A DNA stretch of 64,000 nucleotides from Lytechinus pictus (GCF_037042905.1 NC_087250.1:11906001-11970000); one strand, 5' to 3'; positions 27,529 through 39,748 are shown, numbered from the stretch's first letter. Numbers and translations: made by a program. Notes: generated by a model not told the origin, from the letters alone.

Positions 27529-28538
27529 GAGGTTTCTCGATGGCTCACATCCAAAATGGTGAAGTGTTGATGCAGATAATCCAGTAAATACCAGTAAACC
27601 TACCAACACTTTGGTTTTACATACTGAATTTTAGTCGTCAATCGTATTAATATTTTCGATCAAAATTTTTAATAAATTTGGAACTACATATAATGATTCA
27701 TCAGCTCTGGGCTAAAATATGACTAAAACGACCAATGCAGTCATGTTTCTGTCATGTTTTGTTTTATTGTTAATTCATGTTTTTTTTTTCATGATTAAGC
27801 CCTTCCGAATTACTGGTTTCTATGTTTTTTTAAGACTTCCAAGCTGTTCTTTTACCAGTTTACGGGCATTTTCAATAGATTTACTGTGTTCTTGAATCGG
27901 CCCCCGTTCGAGTTGCGAGAACTCCCTCTGGTAAAAAAAAATAGTATGTGATATCGCCTTACAACTGTTTACAAATGCTAATAACAGATTTCCGCACGCT
28001 AGTAACTGTCGCCCCCCCCCCCCCACAAAAAAAATGCAATGAAATTTCGAACAAGTAGAAAATTTGTTTGCGACAAGAAAAACTGTTTGCAACAATGAAA
28101 AGGAATGAAAAGGATTTTTTGGCAACCTCTTACGAACCTTTTGCAACCTTTTACGAACCCTGGCGAAAGTTCGAATTCGCTATACGTTCGCAAGCATTCA
28201 CCGCTCAGTGAGACGCCCCTTTTCAATAATGTCGCACTCCAGTACTACGTAAACATTTGAACATATACCTAGGAGGTACGACGTATTTACAATTGAAGGA
28301 CTAGTTGTTATGCTATTTCTTTTGTCTCTCCTGAACATCTGTTAAAAACTGATATTTGTTGACAGTTACGGCATCAAATATTTCATTATTTCACACCTAT
28401 CGGCCTACATAAATTCTGAAAACACATTGATTTGTTTTTATGTACTAGGTCTAACCATGAAACACTACACATATCGCATCGGCCAATTATAACTGTAGGA
28501 TCACTTAATCTTTTCTTTTCACCACTCCCTCATCTTAA

Positions 28539-28815
28539 AGATAAATACTAGTTGTGGTAACGATTTCAAAATTGGTTCGAAAAGAATCCAATGAAATTAC
28601 CACCAAAGTGTTTGTATGCATAAAAAAATATGTGCCAAAAAGCGCTGAAAGAAAATGCCTAATTGCTGAGAAATGAGCAAAATAGAAACGGAATTCCATC
28701 AAATGGAGGGTATTTTTCGAAGCAATAGTAATACACTGTCCCGCATATTTGTTTCTGTGTAAGTGATCATCAGAATTATTCATTTTGAGCTAAGATTTCA
28801 AGATTTTTTTAAAGA
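28539..28815 (+). mobile_element. Truncated TTAA/AG MITE (inverted copy of the split element at 33110-33240 + 53011-53269)
   Basis: TTAA|AGATAAATACTAGTTGTGGTAACG; reverse-complement match to 53011-53269. Confidence 0.7.
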
Positions 28816-29695
28816 CCAGTTTGGAATCAAACCGATGCTGTTTTAATACTAATTGGTGTTGTTTAAACACATATCTGGTGTTGGACCAAACGAAACTGGT
28901 GTTGTTTAACACGTCTCTGGTGTGGACATATATAGATTCTGGGCTGGTGTTAAAACAATACCAGAGTGTTTGCAGTGCAGGTGCGCACCTCCCAGACACA
29001 ACCAAATATTATTCACTCCACAGTTTTTGCTTTTTCACAATAGACATTTATTGCAACTAAACGGGGACGGATTCAAGAAAACTGTTAAAGGGGAATAAAA
29101 CCTTTGGAACAAGTAGGCTTGTGTTGAAACAGAAAAATCAAAAAATAAGATAAAAGAAAGTTTGAGAAAATCGGACAAATAATGAGAAAGTTACGAGCAT
29201 TTGAATATAATTGCAATGGAGATCCTCCCATTGGCAATGCGACAAGGATGTGTGATGTCACATGTGAACAACTTTCCCTTTGATGGACTATAAAATACCC
29301 TCAAAATGTATCTTTTTTGCTTTTTCTTATGGTGATACAAACTCTTTATCCATGATGTATTCTTTAAAAATCTGTATTACATGCCCTCCTATAGAAAGAA
29401 CACATGATCTACTGATAGATGTGATATTAGAGGCAATTAAGTGAAATATATACTAAAGTAATGGGGAGAGTTGTTCACAAGTGACATCACACATATTTGT
29501 CGCATTGCCAATGGTAGGATCTCCATAGCATTAGTGATTACAATAGTAGTTAATGGATAGACCTCATACCAATTTTGGTGACCTTTGACCTTTGACCCAT
29601 GACCTTTGACCCCAACTTCCGGTCACTGTTGACCCCGTGACCCCACCTTCCGGTCAATCATGACCTTTGACCTTTGGGTACGCGGTAAACAGGAA

Positions 29696-30080
29696 ATTGG
29701 ATAATGGAGCGCGGGAAGCGATTTTAATTGGATAATGGAGCGCGGGACGCGAATTTAATTGGATAATGGAGCGCGGGACGCGATTTTAATTGGATAATGA
29801 AGCGCGGGACGCGATTTTAATTGGATAATGACTCCGCGTGGGGACGCCATCTTAATTGGATAATGACTCCGCGTGGGGACGCCATCTTAATTGGATAATG
29901 ACTCCGCGTGGGGACGCCATCTTAATTGGATAATGAAACGCGGGACGCGATTTTAATTGGATAATGACTCCGCGTGGGGACGCCACGCTTCAACCCGGAA
30001 ATGATGGGGGTGAATCTTAAAGAAAGAGTAAAAAGCAGCGCGTGCTATAAAACCCGCCAACTTGGACACCCGGCGCATTC
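29696..30080 (+). promoter_or_regulatory. Predicted promoter in Polinton left arm: 9x ATTGG repeat array, TATA box, Inr (mirrored at about 31770-32155 on minus)
   Basis: Nine ATTGGATAATG copies spaced 31 or 35 bp, with GCGCGGGA motifs; TATAAAA at 30046-30052; GCATTC about 30 bp downstream. Confidence 0.55.
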
Positions 30081-30138
30081 TGGACCTCGGACTAACCAGA
30101 ACAGCTCTGCCGCAGGAACACCAATTTATCTACATGCC

Positions 30139-30282
30139 ATGTTGATAACCGTGTGGATGTTGTTTGCGCTTTGGAGAGAGCCGTACATAGGTTTTGAATT
30201 TTGGAGGAACTGGGAGAAAGTGTGGGAAGCGTATGAAGAGGAAAGGAAGAAAGGTATTTGCCGGTCCAAAGGTGAATCATGA
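30139..30282 (+). CDS. Putative 47-aa Trp-rich Polinton microprotein (mirror copy 31567-31710, minus)
   Basis: First long ATG-ORF after the TATA/Inr: MLITVWMLFALWREPYIGFEFWRNWEKVWEAYEEERKKGICRSKGES; no homology recognised. Confidence 0.3.
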   Translation: MLITVWMLFALWREPYIGFEFWRNWEKVWEAYEEERKKGICRSKGES

Positions 30283-30500
30283 GTCAAACGCAGTGGAGCA
30301 TCGAGGACGAAGCCATGCTTCGTCTCCTTCTGGAGCGAAGGAGGAGAGCAACGGAGCGGCAAAGGCAGGCCAGAGCAGAGGTGGTGGAGAGGATGCGGGA
30401 AGAGAACATCGAGGATGAAGAACGGGACGCGAGGTCTGATATGGACGCGATGGAGGGTCATTCCAACGTGGATGAACATATTTTCCTTGAGATTATATGA
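30279..30500 (+). CDS. Putative 73-aa charged helical Polinton protein
   Basis: ATCATGA start overlaps the upstream stop (ATGA); Arg/Glu-rich, purine-rich; stop lies just before the 10-bp array. Confidence 0.45.
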   Translation: MSQTQWSIEDEAMLRLLLERRRRATERQRQARAEVVERMREENIEDEERDARSDMDAMEGHSNVDEHIFLEII

Positions 30501-30511
30501 AAGCATTGATT

Positions 30512-30888
30512 AATCCGTAAACATCCGTAAGAATCCGTAAGAATCCGTAAACATCCGTAAGAATCCGTAAAAAATCCGTAAGAATCCGTAAAAAATCCGT
30601 AAGAATCCGTAAACATCCGTAAGAATCCGTAAAAAATCCGTAAGAATGAGTAAGAATGAGTAAACATCCGTAAGAATCCGTAAGAATGAGTAAGAATCCG
30701 TAAGAATGAGTAAACATCCGTAAGAATGAGTAAGAATCCGTAAGAATCCGTAAACATCCGTAAGAATCCGTAAACATCCGTAAGAATCCGTAAAAAATCC
30801 GTAAGAATGAGTAAGAATGAGTAAACATCCGTAAGAATCCGTAAGAATGAGTAAGAATCCGTAAGAATGCGTAAAAATCCGTAAGAAT
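30512..30888. repeat. 10-bp tandem array (GAATCCGTAA / ACATCCGTAA / GAATGAGTAA); shorter mirror at about 31149-31337
   Basis: Read directly; the mirror lacks 188 bp at the junction TCTTACG|ACGGAT near 31207. Confidence 0.95.
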
Positions 30889-30981
30889 CAAAGTACCTTC
30901 GCGCGCGTTTCATGATTACGTATAATTACAAGTTTGAACGTTAATTTTCTTCATTTCCCAACAAATAATCATCGAGTCAGC

Positions 30982-31068
30982 ATGAATATATTGGATATGT
31001 CCAACCGTTACGCTTGTTCACGATGCGATAAAACTTTTAGTAGGAAATATAACATGCTGACTCGATGA
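30982..31068 (+). pseudogene. Truncated C2H2 zinc-finger ORF spanning the palindrome spacer
   Basis: MNILDMSNRYACSRCDKTFSRKYNMLTR*: Y-x-C-x2-C-x3-F-x5-M, cut before the His pair where the right arm starts. TATAATT at 30921 and TCATTT at 30951 lie upstream. Confidence 0.7.
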
Positions 31069-31348
31069 TTATTTGTTGGGAAATGAAGAAAATTAACGTT
31101 CAAACTTGTAATTATACGTAATCATGAAACGCGCGCGAAGGTACTTTGATTCTTACGGATTTTTACGCATTCTTACGGATTCTTACTCATTCTTACGGAT
31201 TCTTACGACGGATTTTTTACGGATTCTTACGGATGTTTACGGATTCTTACGGATTTTTTACGGATTCTTACGGATTTTTTACGGATTCTTACGGATGTTT
31301 ACGGATTCTTACGGATTCTTACGGATGTTTACGGATTAATCAATGCTT

Positions 31349-31570
31349 TCATATAATCTCAAGGAAAATATGTTCATCCACGTTGGAATGACCCTCCATC
31401 GCGTCCATATCAGACCTCGCGTCCCGTTCTTCATCCTCGATGTTCTCTTCCCGCATCCTCTCCACCACCTCTGCTCTGGCCTGCCTTTGCCGCTCCGTTG
31501 CTCTCCTCCTTCGCTCCAGAAGGAGACGAAGCATGGCTTCGTCCTCGATGCTCCACTGCGTTTGACTCAT
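31349..31570 (-). CDS. Mirror copy of the 73-aa ORF in the right arm
   Basis: Identical translation in the ORF track. Confidence 0.45.
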   Translation of the reverse strand: MSQTQWSIEDEAMLRLLLERRRRATERQRQARAEVVERMREENIEDEERDARSDMDAMEGHSNVDEHIFLEII

Positions 31571-33402
31571 GATTCACCTTTGGACCGGCAAATACCTTTC
31601 TTCCTTTCCTCTTCATACGCTTCCCACACTTTCTCCCAGTTCCTCCAAAATTCAAAACCTATGTACGGCTCTCTCCAAAGCGCAAACAACATCCACACGG
31701 TTATCAACATGGCATGTAGATAAATTGGTGTTCCTGCGGCAGAGCTGTTCTGGTTAGTCCGAGGTCCAGAATGCGCCGGGTGTCCAAGTTGGCGGGTTTT
31801 ATAGCACGCGCTGCTTTTTACTCTTTCTTTAAGATTCACCCCCATCATTTCCGGGTTGAAGCGTGGCGTCCCCACGCGGAGTCATTATCCAATTAAAATC
31901 GCGTCCCGCGTTTCATTATCCAATTAAGATGGCGTCCCCACGCGGAGTCATTATCCAATTAAGATGGCGTCCCCACGCGGAGTCATTATCCAATTAAGAT
32001 GGCGTCCCCACGCGGAGTCATTATCCAATTAAAATCGCGTCCCGCGCTTCATTATCCAATTAAAATCGCGTCCCGCGCTCCATTATCCAATTAAAATCGC
32101 GTCCCGCGCTCCATTATCCAATTAAAATCGCTTCCCGCGCTCCATTATCCAATTTCCTGTTTACCGCGTACCCAAAGGTCAAAGGTCATGATTGACCGGA
32201 AGGTGGGGTCACGGGGTCAACAGTGACCGGAAGTTGGGGTCAAAGGTCATGGGTCAAAGGTCAAAGGTCACCAAAATTGGTATGAGGTCTATCCATTAAC
32301 TACTTACAATATTCAAATGCTCATAACTTTCTCATTATTTGTCCGATTTTTCTCAAACTTTTGTTGATCTGTTTCTTCGATTTTTCTGTTTTCATACAAG
32401 CTATCTTGTGCCAAAGGTTTCATTCTCCTTTCATATATCACAAATGCCCTTCAAGCGACAATGAACAACTGGAAGGCCTTTGTCGAAAATTGCTGAACCA
32501 GAATGACAGTTCCTTACTATGTTTAGGAGCGGACGAAAAATTGCAAATACGTTTTTTGTCTACGGCGGTGGAGGACGAAACTTTGCATTTGCAATACTTT
32601 AACATCCCAGTTGCAGATGCAAAAAACACTCTCTATTGTGGAAAGAAAAAAGGAGTTGGAGTAAATAATATTTGATTGTGTCTGGGTCGGTGTGCGCGAG
32701 AGTGTGTTTGGGTGGGTTTGGTAAACGTTTGTGTCTTCTGAGCCGACTTAACCATCTACATGTCCACATATTTATCTTGATAGATTTAAACTTTAACATC
32801 TGTGTAAGTCTGACAAATACTAATGAATATTAAACACATGGCAAGGAAAACACCAAAATACAACTGTTACGTTTGTAGCATAAATATATGAAATAAACAA
32901 GTTACGTACGATTTGGGAGATGTGTGTTTAAAATCAAATAATAATCAGTCAATACTAAACAAGGCAAATACAGTTTTGAAAAAAATGTATTATCAATGTT
33001 TTTTTCCGATATCAGTTTGTTGGAATGTAACAACTATGTTATGTGTAGATTTTAATAACTTGTACGATGGGTTTATTCACATGAAAGAAACAAAGTGAAT
33101 AGCTATTAAGAATAAAAGACAGTAGTCGCAGCAAACAATTATTTCATGAGAAAGTCTTTTAAATCAAGGTTAATTGTCAAAATATTATCATACACCTATA
33201 TCTGGTACATTGATATAAACTCATCTTTGTAAAATCAAGAGCATAGGCTTTATTTTTAAATAAAGATAAAAGTCAAATGTGACCTCTGCTAACCTCGTTT
33301 TTAGAGGTCAATGACCTTAAGGTCAACGACCTTAAAATATCCGAAAATATATGTTTTTCATCATTAGTTCATAATAAATATGGTTATAATGAAAAAAATG
33401 AT

Positions 33403-33756
33403 TTTTTGACCTTTGACCCGGGACAGCTGGAAAAGGTAAATGACCTTAACATTTTAGAATATTGACACTTAGCATCTCTGATTTATGATAAACAGGCTTC
33501 TAGTTTAAAAATTTCAATAAAAGTAATTAGAGCACGATGCATTTCCATGAAGTCTCGAAAATCACATACTAAAAGTCCATTTTTGACCTTTGACCCGGGA
33601 CAGCTGGAAAAGGTAAATGACCTTAACATTTTAGAATATTGACACTTAGCATCTCTGATTTATGATAAACAGGCTTCTAGTTTAAAAATTTCAATAAAAG
33701 TAATTAGAGCACGATGCATTTCCATGAAGTCTCGAAAATCACATACTAAAAGTCCA
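33403..33756. repeat. Apparently perfect 177-bp tandem duplication
   Basis: 33403-33579 is repeated at 33580-33756. Confidence 0.9.
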
Positions 33757-36700
33757 GAAAAATCCATGTAGTGAAAAAACGTCTAATTTGCATAAATCCA
33801 AAATGGCGGCCATCATGAGAACGTTTCATCTGTTCATAATTATTAATAGTGGTACAAACCCTGGTTTGATCATAGCACTTTTGAAATAAAGATTGAAGCA
33901 TTAAACTTTCATCAGTGTTATATCTTACAATATGCTTCATTTTGAAATTAGGATGCAAGTCAGATTTGTCCTCTGCTGATCTCTCGAAGTCAAAGACCTT
34001 AAGGTCAATGACCTCAAAATATCATAAAATTTATGTTTTGCACCAATAGCTCATGATAAAAATGGTAATAATGAAAACAAAATTATTCAAATTTGACTTT
34101 CAAGGTATCCTGATATTTTAGAAAGAATTTGGTGGGTTATAAGCTTTGACCTTTGAACCCTGGAGAACTAGAAAGGGCCAATGACCATAACATCTTGGGA
34201 TATTGACACTAAGCATCACTATTTTATGATAAACAGACCTCTAGTGTAAAAATTGCAATACTATTCATTTCAACACAGTGCATCTCCACGAAGTTTCCAA
34301 AATGACATACCAAATTGAAGTCCAGAAAAATCCAAGTGGTGGAAATGCGTCTAATTTGCATCCAAAGCGATCCAAAATGATTAATCGTTGTAGTACAAAC
34401 ACTGGTCTGATCATTACCCGGATAACACTAAAAATATGATTAAAGCACTAAACTTTCATCAGTGTTATATTTCGTCATAGGTTTAATTCTAAAATTTGGG
34501 TGTAATTCAGATTTGGCCTGTGCTGAACTCTAAAGGCATTGACCTAAAGGATTATTGACGTCGAAATATCATAAAAATTCATGTTTTGCATCATAATAGT
34601 TCGTTATAAACATTGTTAGCATGGTTAGGTTGTAAGAATAGTTATTTTAACTTGCAGGGTCCCTTGATAGATGAGAAAATTTGCGAGTATTAAAAGTTGT
34701 GACCTTTGACCCTGAAACTGTCAATGGTCACTGTATTTAGAGTATCAAACTTAATTAGTTTACTATCTAGCTTCTGCTGAAAGAACAACCCAGTATAAGC
34801 CACACCAAAGTGAATATCTTCAATGGGACCAGTCCAAGGGAGACTTCACCTGGATATTCATATTGAAGGAACAAAGAAGGGAGAAGCAGCACGCTTCGGT
34901 GACATCCCACTGATTAAAGTCATTTTGATCGTATTGCTTAAGAATGGCTTGTCAGCCCGTTTAACAATGTGCTACACATTTCATCTTCCAGTAATTTTTG
35001 AGGAAGGCTAAAGTACTTTATTTAGATTTAGATTTATTTATTTCCGTTCAACAAAATTTATAAAATATAATCAAAGTAACAATACATATTCAATATGATA
35101 CAGTCAGATCAATTACATTTCGTAACAAATATCAAATATAAATTAAACAAAGCTACAGTGTATTACAATGTTATCTATGAAAATAATGTCGAAATGAACG
35201 GAGGGACTTGCCAAGAAAAGCAAAGCTTGTATAGAAGTAATTTCTCAAACCTGAGAAAGATCCAAATGTGCCTATACAAGCTACAGGCCAATCGCCCTAT
35301 TCTGAAATCTCTACAAGCTACTTGAGCATCTCATCCTGAAAAGAAGATGTTCCCATTATATAGAACAACATATCCTATTCCTAACCAGGCTGGTTTTTAA
35401 CTTGGGAAATAATAAACAGGCTAGGTTCAAAACCAGACCCAGTTAACTGAATGAGGACTTCCGACTTAATAAGGTAGCTAACGGGTGTAGAATTTTTGTT
35501 TTTAATTAACAGCTGCATCTGATACTGTGGTCTACTCTTATATCTATACAAAACATTGATGACATTTATCTGACCAAACTCATCAAACTTCGACTAGAAA
35601 ACAGACATCTCTTATGGAGCTCAACAGGAAGACCAGCAGGTAAAGACAAATACTCCAACTCTCACGCTTTTCGCGGGAGATCACCCGACCAAAGCCCATT
35701 TTCCCAAAAATCTCCCGTTCTCCCGCTTGAGATTTAATATCTCCTGCCCAGGCTCTGTTTCTCCCGCTTAAGATGTATTTTCTTCCCCTTAAAATGATAT
35801 TTCTCCCGCCCAAACACCCTTTTAAAAACGGCATTTGAATTTTCATATCCAAGCAGATTTCAAGGTAACTAGAGCGTCAGAGCTGTGCGCTATCTCGTTA
35901 ATTTAGCGGGCGCGAGCTATCTAGATAGCATTATCCCTCCTATAGTCCCTTCTACGTTGCGTATACAAAAAAAATGATAACATGACATGACATGAATAAT
36001 TGATGACTATATATCATTAGAATGTAAAAAGTGAGGAAATTCCTCAGTCATTTTGGTTTCTAGGAATACCATGTGAAATATTTACACTTTAAGCAATCTT
36101 ACTCCAGAGATCATCATCAAGGGCCCGTTTCATAAACATTGATCAAGGACTACTGCTGTAACTTTGCCATTATCATGATTATGGCATCTACCATAGAAAC
36201 CTTGATTATAATTGGCTGCAGAGCCCTTTTATCATGGAAGTTGCCATTGTGGCAAAGTTATGTGTAAGTCCTTAAAAAAACAGGCCCCAGATGAGACCAG
36301 ATGGATATGGAAATGTCAATTTGAGGTGAGGTAGTATTTATTACGTCTTTACTGGGTGATACAAATAAAGATATCGCAAAAATGTACGGTTTTGTAGATG
36401 CTTCATATTGATTGAATTGATTGACAATCACATTTATTTCCTTCAAACAGATACAAAATGATATTTGACATAGTAACGAATACAGTATATATTTCGACAC
36501 AATTTTGAAGGAGGCGAAAACCCGGAAAGCAGAGCTTGAGTTGGGGTCGCCAGATACAAATAAATAACAAGTTAGGTACTGTAATGACATCATATGTAAT
36601 TGCATATCATATGCATACATGAATAATGATATATGAAAATAATTTTTATAAAACCAAAATTTAAGATTTGATTCATTGAATTGTTATTCACTTAGAGCCA

Positions 36701-39700
36701 TCATATATTGAAAATTAGCCTGAGATAGCACGGAAGAGCATCTAGGACCTTACAGTTTTCAGGGCCCTTAAGTGAGCCTATACATCCCGGCCGCAAGGGA
36801 CTTCGCGCAATTCAAGTTGGAGTCTCCAGTTTGCTTGGGGATCCAGGCGGGAGTATCTCCAGATCAGAAGGTGCTTGGGGTTGGAGTCTCGGTAAAGAAT
36901 TCAAAAGAATTGGCTCTCTCGGGGTAGTGTTCTTGCTCGAGTCCAGTGTTCGTCAAACCCAAAGACCAAGGTTAGCTTGTTTCATCCCCACAATCCTCAT
37001 GCTTGAATGAAACTCAAAACAACAACAATCTATGGTTGGAATTCCCTTCTAGCACTGCGACCATGCCAGTATCTTGGTGTCACATTTGATCAGTCACATT
37101 AAGAGTGAAGGGGGAAAGTGAGGATCCATAATAACCTTCTCCGGAACTCACAAACTAGGGCCATAAAATGTGAAGAGTCTTTATGCCGTGTCAAGTATTG
37201 CCAATCTGATATACGCAGATCAGTAGCTATACCACAGAGCTCTCAGCAAAGCGAAAATAGCAAGTTATACATGGAAGAGAGGAGGGCGCTCGTCATTATC
37301 AAGATATAGACACGTCTTCCCTGGAATTGGAGAATTTTATAGTTATTTTTTTGACTTTTGCAGACTGGTATAAGTCAAATTTTAAGACCGAAAATTTGAG
37401 AACATTAGAACAATAGCTTCGAATAGGACTAGTTAAAGGCAAATTGATAAAGAGGTGGAAAGAATATCATGTATGAAAGTGACGATTCAACCCGGCCTGT
37501 TGAGTATGGTGCTACGTCGGATGCCACGTATGCAGACGCAACCAAAACAATGGCACGTGATACGGATCGTACGGGCGTGGAGAACGGGGTCAAGCCTGTC
37601 TTCCTAAAGAACAGAGACGTGCCCGAAGGAAAGCCACTTCAGCATGAAGAAATATATATAGCCATACACAGACATCTTGGCTCAACAAAAAACCTGAAAG
37701 GGTTGCAGAAAATAGGAGGACTCTGGAGGATCTACTTTGTAGATAGAGTCGATAGGATTGCTCTGATATCTACAGGACTCAACGTAAGAGGAGTGTCTGC
37801 CCCCATCTACGACACAAACCCCTTCCAGAATCGCCATGACCCTACTACATCTTTGAAAGTCATCGTGAAGGATATCCCTTTGTCTGTGAAAGACGAAGTA
37901 ATTGCTAACGAAATCGAAAAAAAAGAAATGCAAAGTGCTAAGTAGAGTGCAAAGGATGAAATTAAGAGTAAATGGTCTTCTGACCGACTGCTACACAGGT
38001 GATCGAATGCTGTTCATCGCACCCTCCACAACGCCTCTGTCGCGAGCCATGAATATGGGTGGATTCAAAGCACGTATTTACCATGAAGGGCAGGACAAAC
38101 CCCCACCCTGTGTTCTAGGTGTCTATCACAGGGGCATCATGCTTCAAGATGTGTCAACGATGTTGTTTGCAGAAAGTGTTCCCAGCCTGGTCACAAGGCT
38201 ATGGATTGTGCCCATTACCCGAACAACGAATATACGGTTGCCCCTACTTCGAAACCATCGGGTCCTGTACAAAAGAAGATAGATACGCCTTCAGTGAGAA
38301 ATTCCAATGGAAATGAGCTAGAACGCGAGATTGAGATGAATCAGCGTGATCGTAAGGTACAGAGCAACAAAGCATCAAGTAGCAACGAGATACCTCGAGC
38401 CCAAGCAAATATCACTGTTACGTTTGCTGGTCCGGACAAGCTCTTACTATGACCTGTCCTGGACAAACTCCTACGTAAACCTCCTGAATCCTGTTCTCTA
38501 TTCAGACAATCATGAACTAGAAAACAAGCCACGCTGTGTCAAATCGTTTAAAACACAGTTTATTTACAAAATGTACACATGACGATTCAGATTCACAAGT
38601 CCGTTGTTCACATAGCGATATATCATTTTTCTAATCTTCTCTCCAGACCCAAAACGCCTATTATTATCTCGTCACACTCCCTTCCTTAAAAACATGCTTA
38701 TAATTTTTCAAAGAAATTGCAATAAGTATGTTCGCAACTCAAACTTTGCTTCTTAATATAAACGAACATTATCACAATGAATATAGCGCTTAACCAAACA
38801 CAGTTAATGCATTAAAACATATTGAAATGCCTTTTTTTCAATTTCACGCTCTTTGTGCAGCAATTTTGCATACTTTGGCAAAAGATAAGCATAATATAAA
38901 ACATAGTGTAATGAAATGAGTAAAACAGACATGTATTGATAGCGCATGCATGTAGTAAAACTTATTCATCAAAAGGTACACGCATGTTCTGAAATACATG
39001 TATGTTCATAATAAACATAGTCATAAGAAATTTCACATGAATAATCAACATAAAAATACATGATATTACTTCCAAGTGTGATGAGAAAAGCAATATAAAA
39101 AGCATTTCTTCACTGAGTCCAAAAGTCAATAATATGAGAAATCATTCAAGAAGTAAGTTCAAACTTCTGATTTCCAATATCTTCTTCCAATTATAGTTTC
39201 AGTTCAACGAAGTTCAACATCATCGCTTCAGTTAGGGTTCATTGAATGTTCATGAAGATTCACAGTAGGTTCAGATTACTTGATCCAAGATATAATGTAA
39301 ACATGAGCACAGTTGGCATCCATAAATCCAGGAAAAAAAACAAGTTCAGTTCACTTTCAAATCAAACATGGTAAAGAGTCCATTCCGGAGTATCCATTAA
39401 GTTGAGATGACAAGTAATCATTTAGGTATAAATTCACATGATGATATAAATTTCAAGTTCAACAGTTCACAGAAAGTGCAGTTTCCAAATTTCCCCTTGA
39501 TTATACACAATATCAAACATTCACAGTTCAAATGTCACGATGAATTAACACGCTGTCAAACGTTCACTGCTCAAACGTCACGATGACATAACACGATGTC
39601 AAACGTTCACTGTTTATCACATTGATGATATCAAACTTTCATTGTCCGAATTTCGCATTGATACACACGACGTTAAACTTCCATTGTCCAGACTTCAAAG

Positions 39701-39748
39701 TTCACACGAATTCGAAGTTATCAAATTGTTCAAAGTTAAGGATTCAGT

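Larger units (their letters stand above)
29545..32304. mobile_element. Non-autonomous palindromic Polinton/Maverick derivative (2,760 bp)
   Basis: Termini AGTAGTTAATGG...CCATTAACTACT; 6-bp TSD TACAAT at 29539-29544 and 32305-32310; arms 29545-30984 and 31053-32304 are near-identical inverted copies. AG(T) termini with a 6-bp TSD are the Polinton signature. Confidence 0.85.
29089..32429. mobile_element. Kolobok/T2-like MITE, host of the mini-Polinton
   Basis: TTAA|AGGGGAATAAAACCTTTGG ... CCAAAGGTTTCATTCTCCT|TTCA; its right TIR is split at the TACAAT duplication. Confidence 0.8.

Noticed and set aside
29696..29985. 31/35-bp repeats resembling a CRISPR array
   Set aside because: The intervening sequences are repeated, not unique spacers; no cas genes; eukaryotic context.
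29974..30138. 5' part of the 102-aa ORF
   Set aside because: Starts at GTG inside the repeat array, upstream of the TATA box; only the part from ATG 30139 is plausible if that promoter is real.
30458..31391. ORFs reading ILTDSYGFLR-type repeats
   Set aside because: Translations of the 10-bp array, which lacks stops on one strand in several frames.
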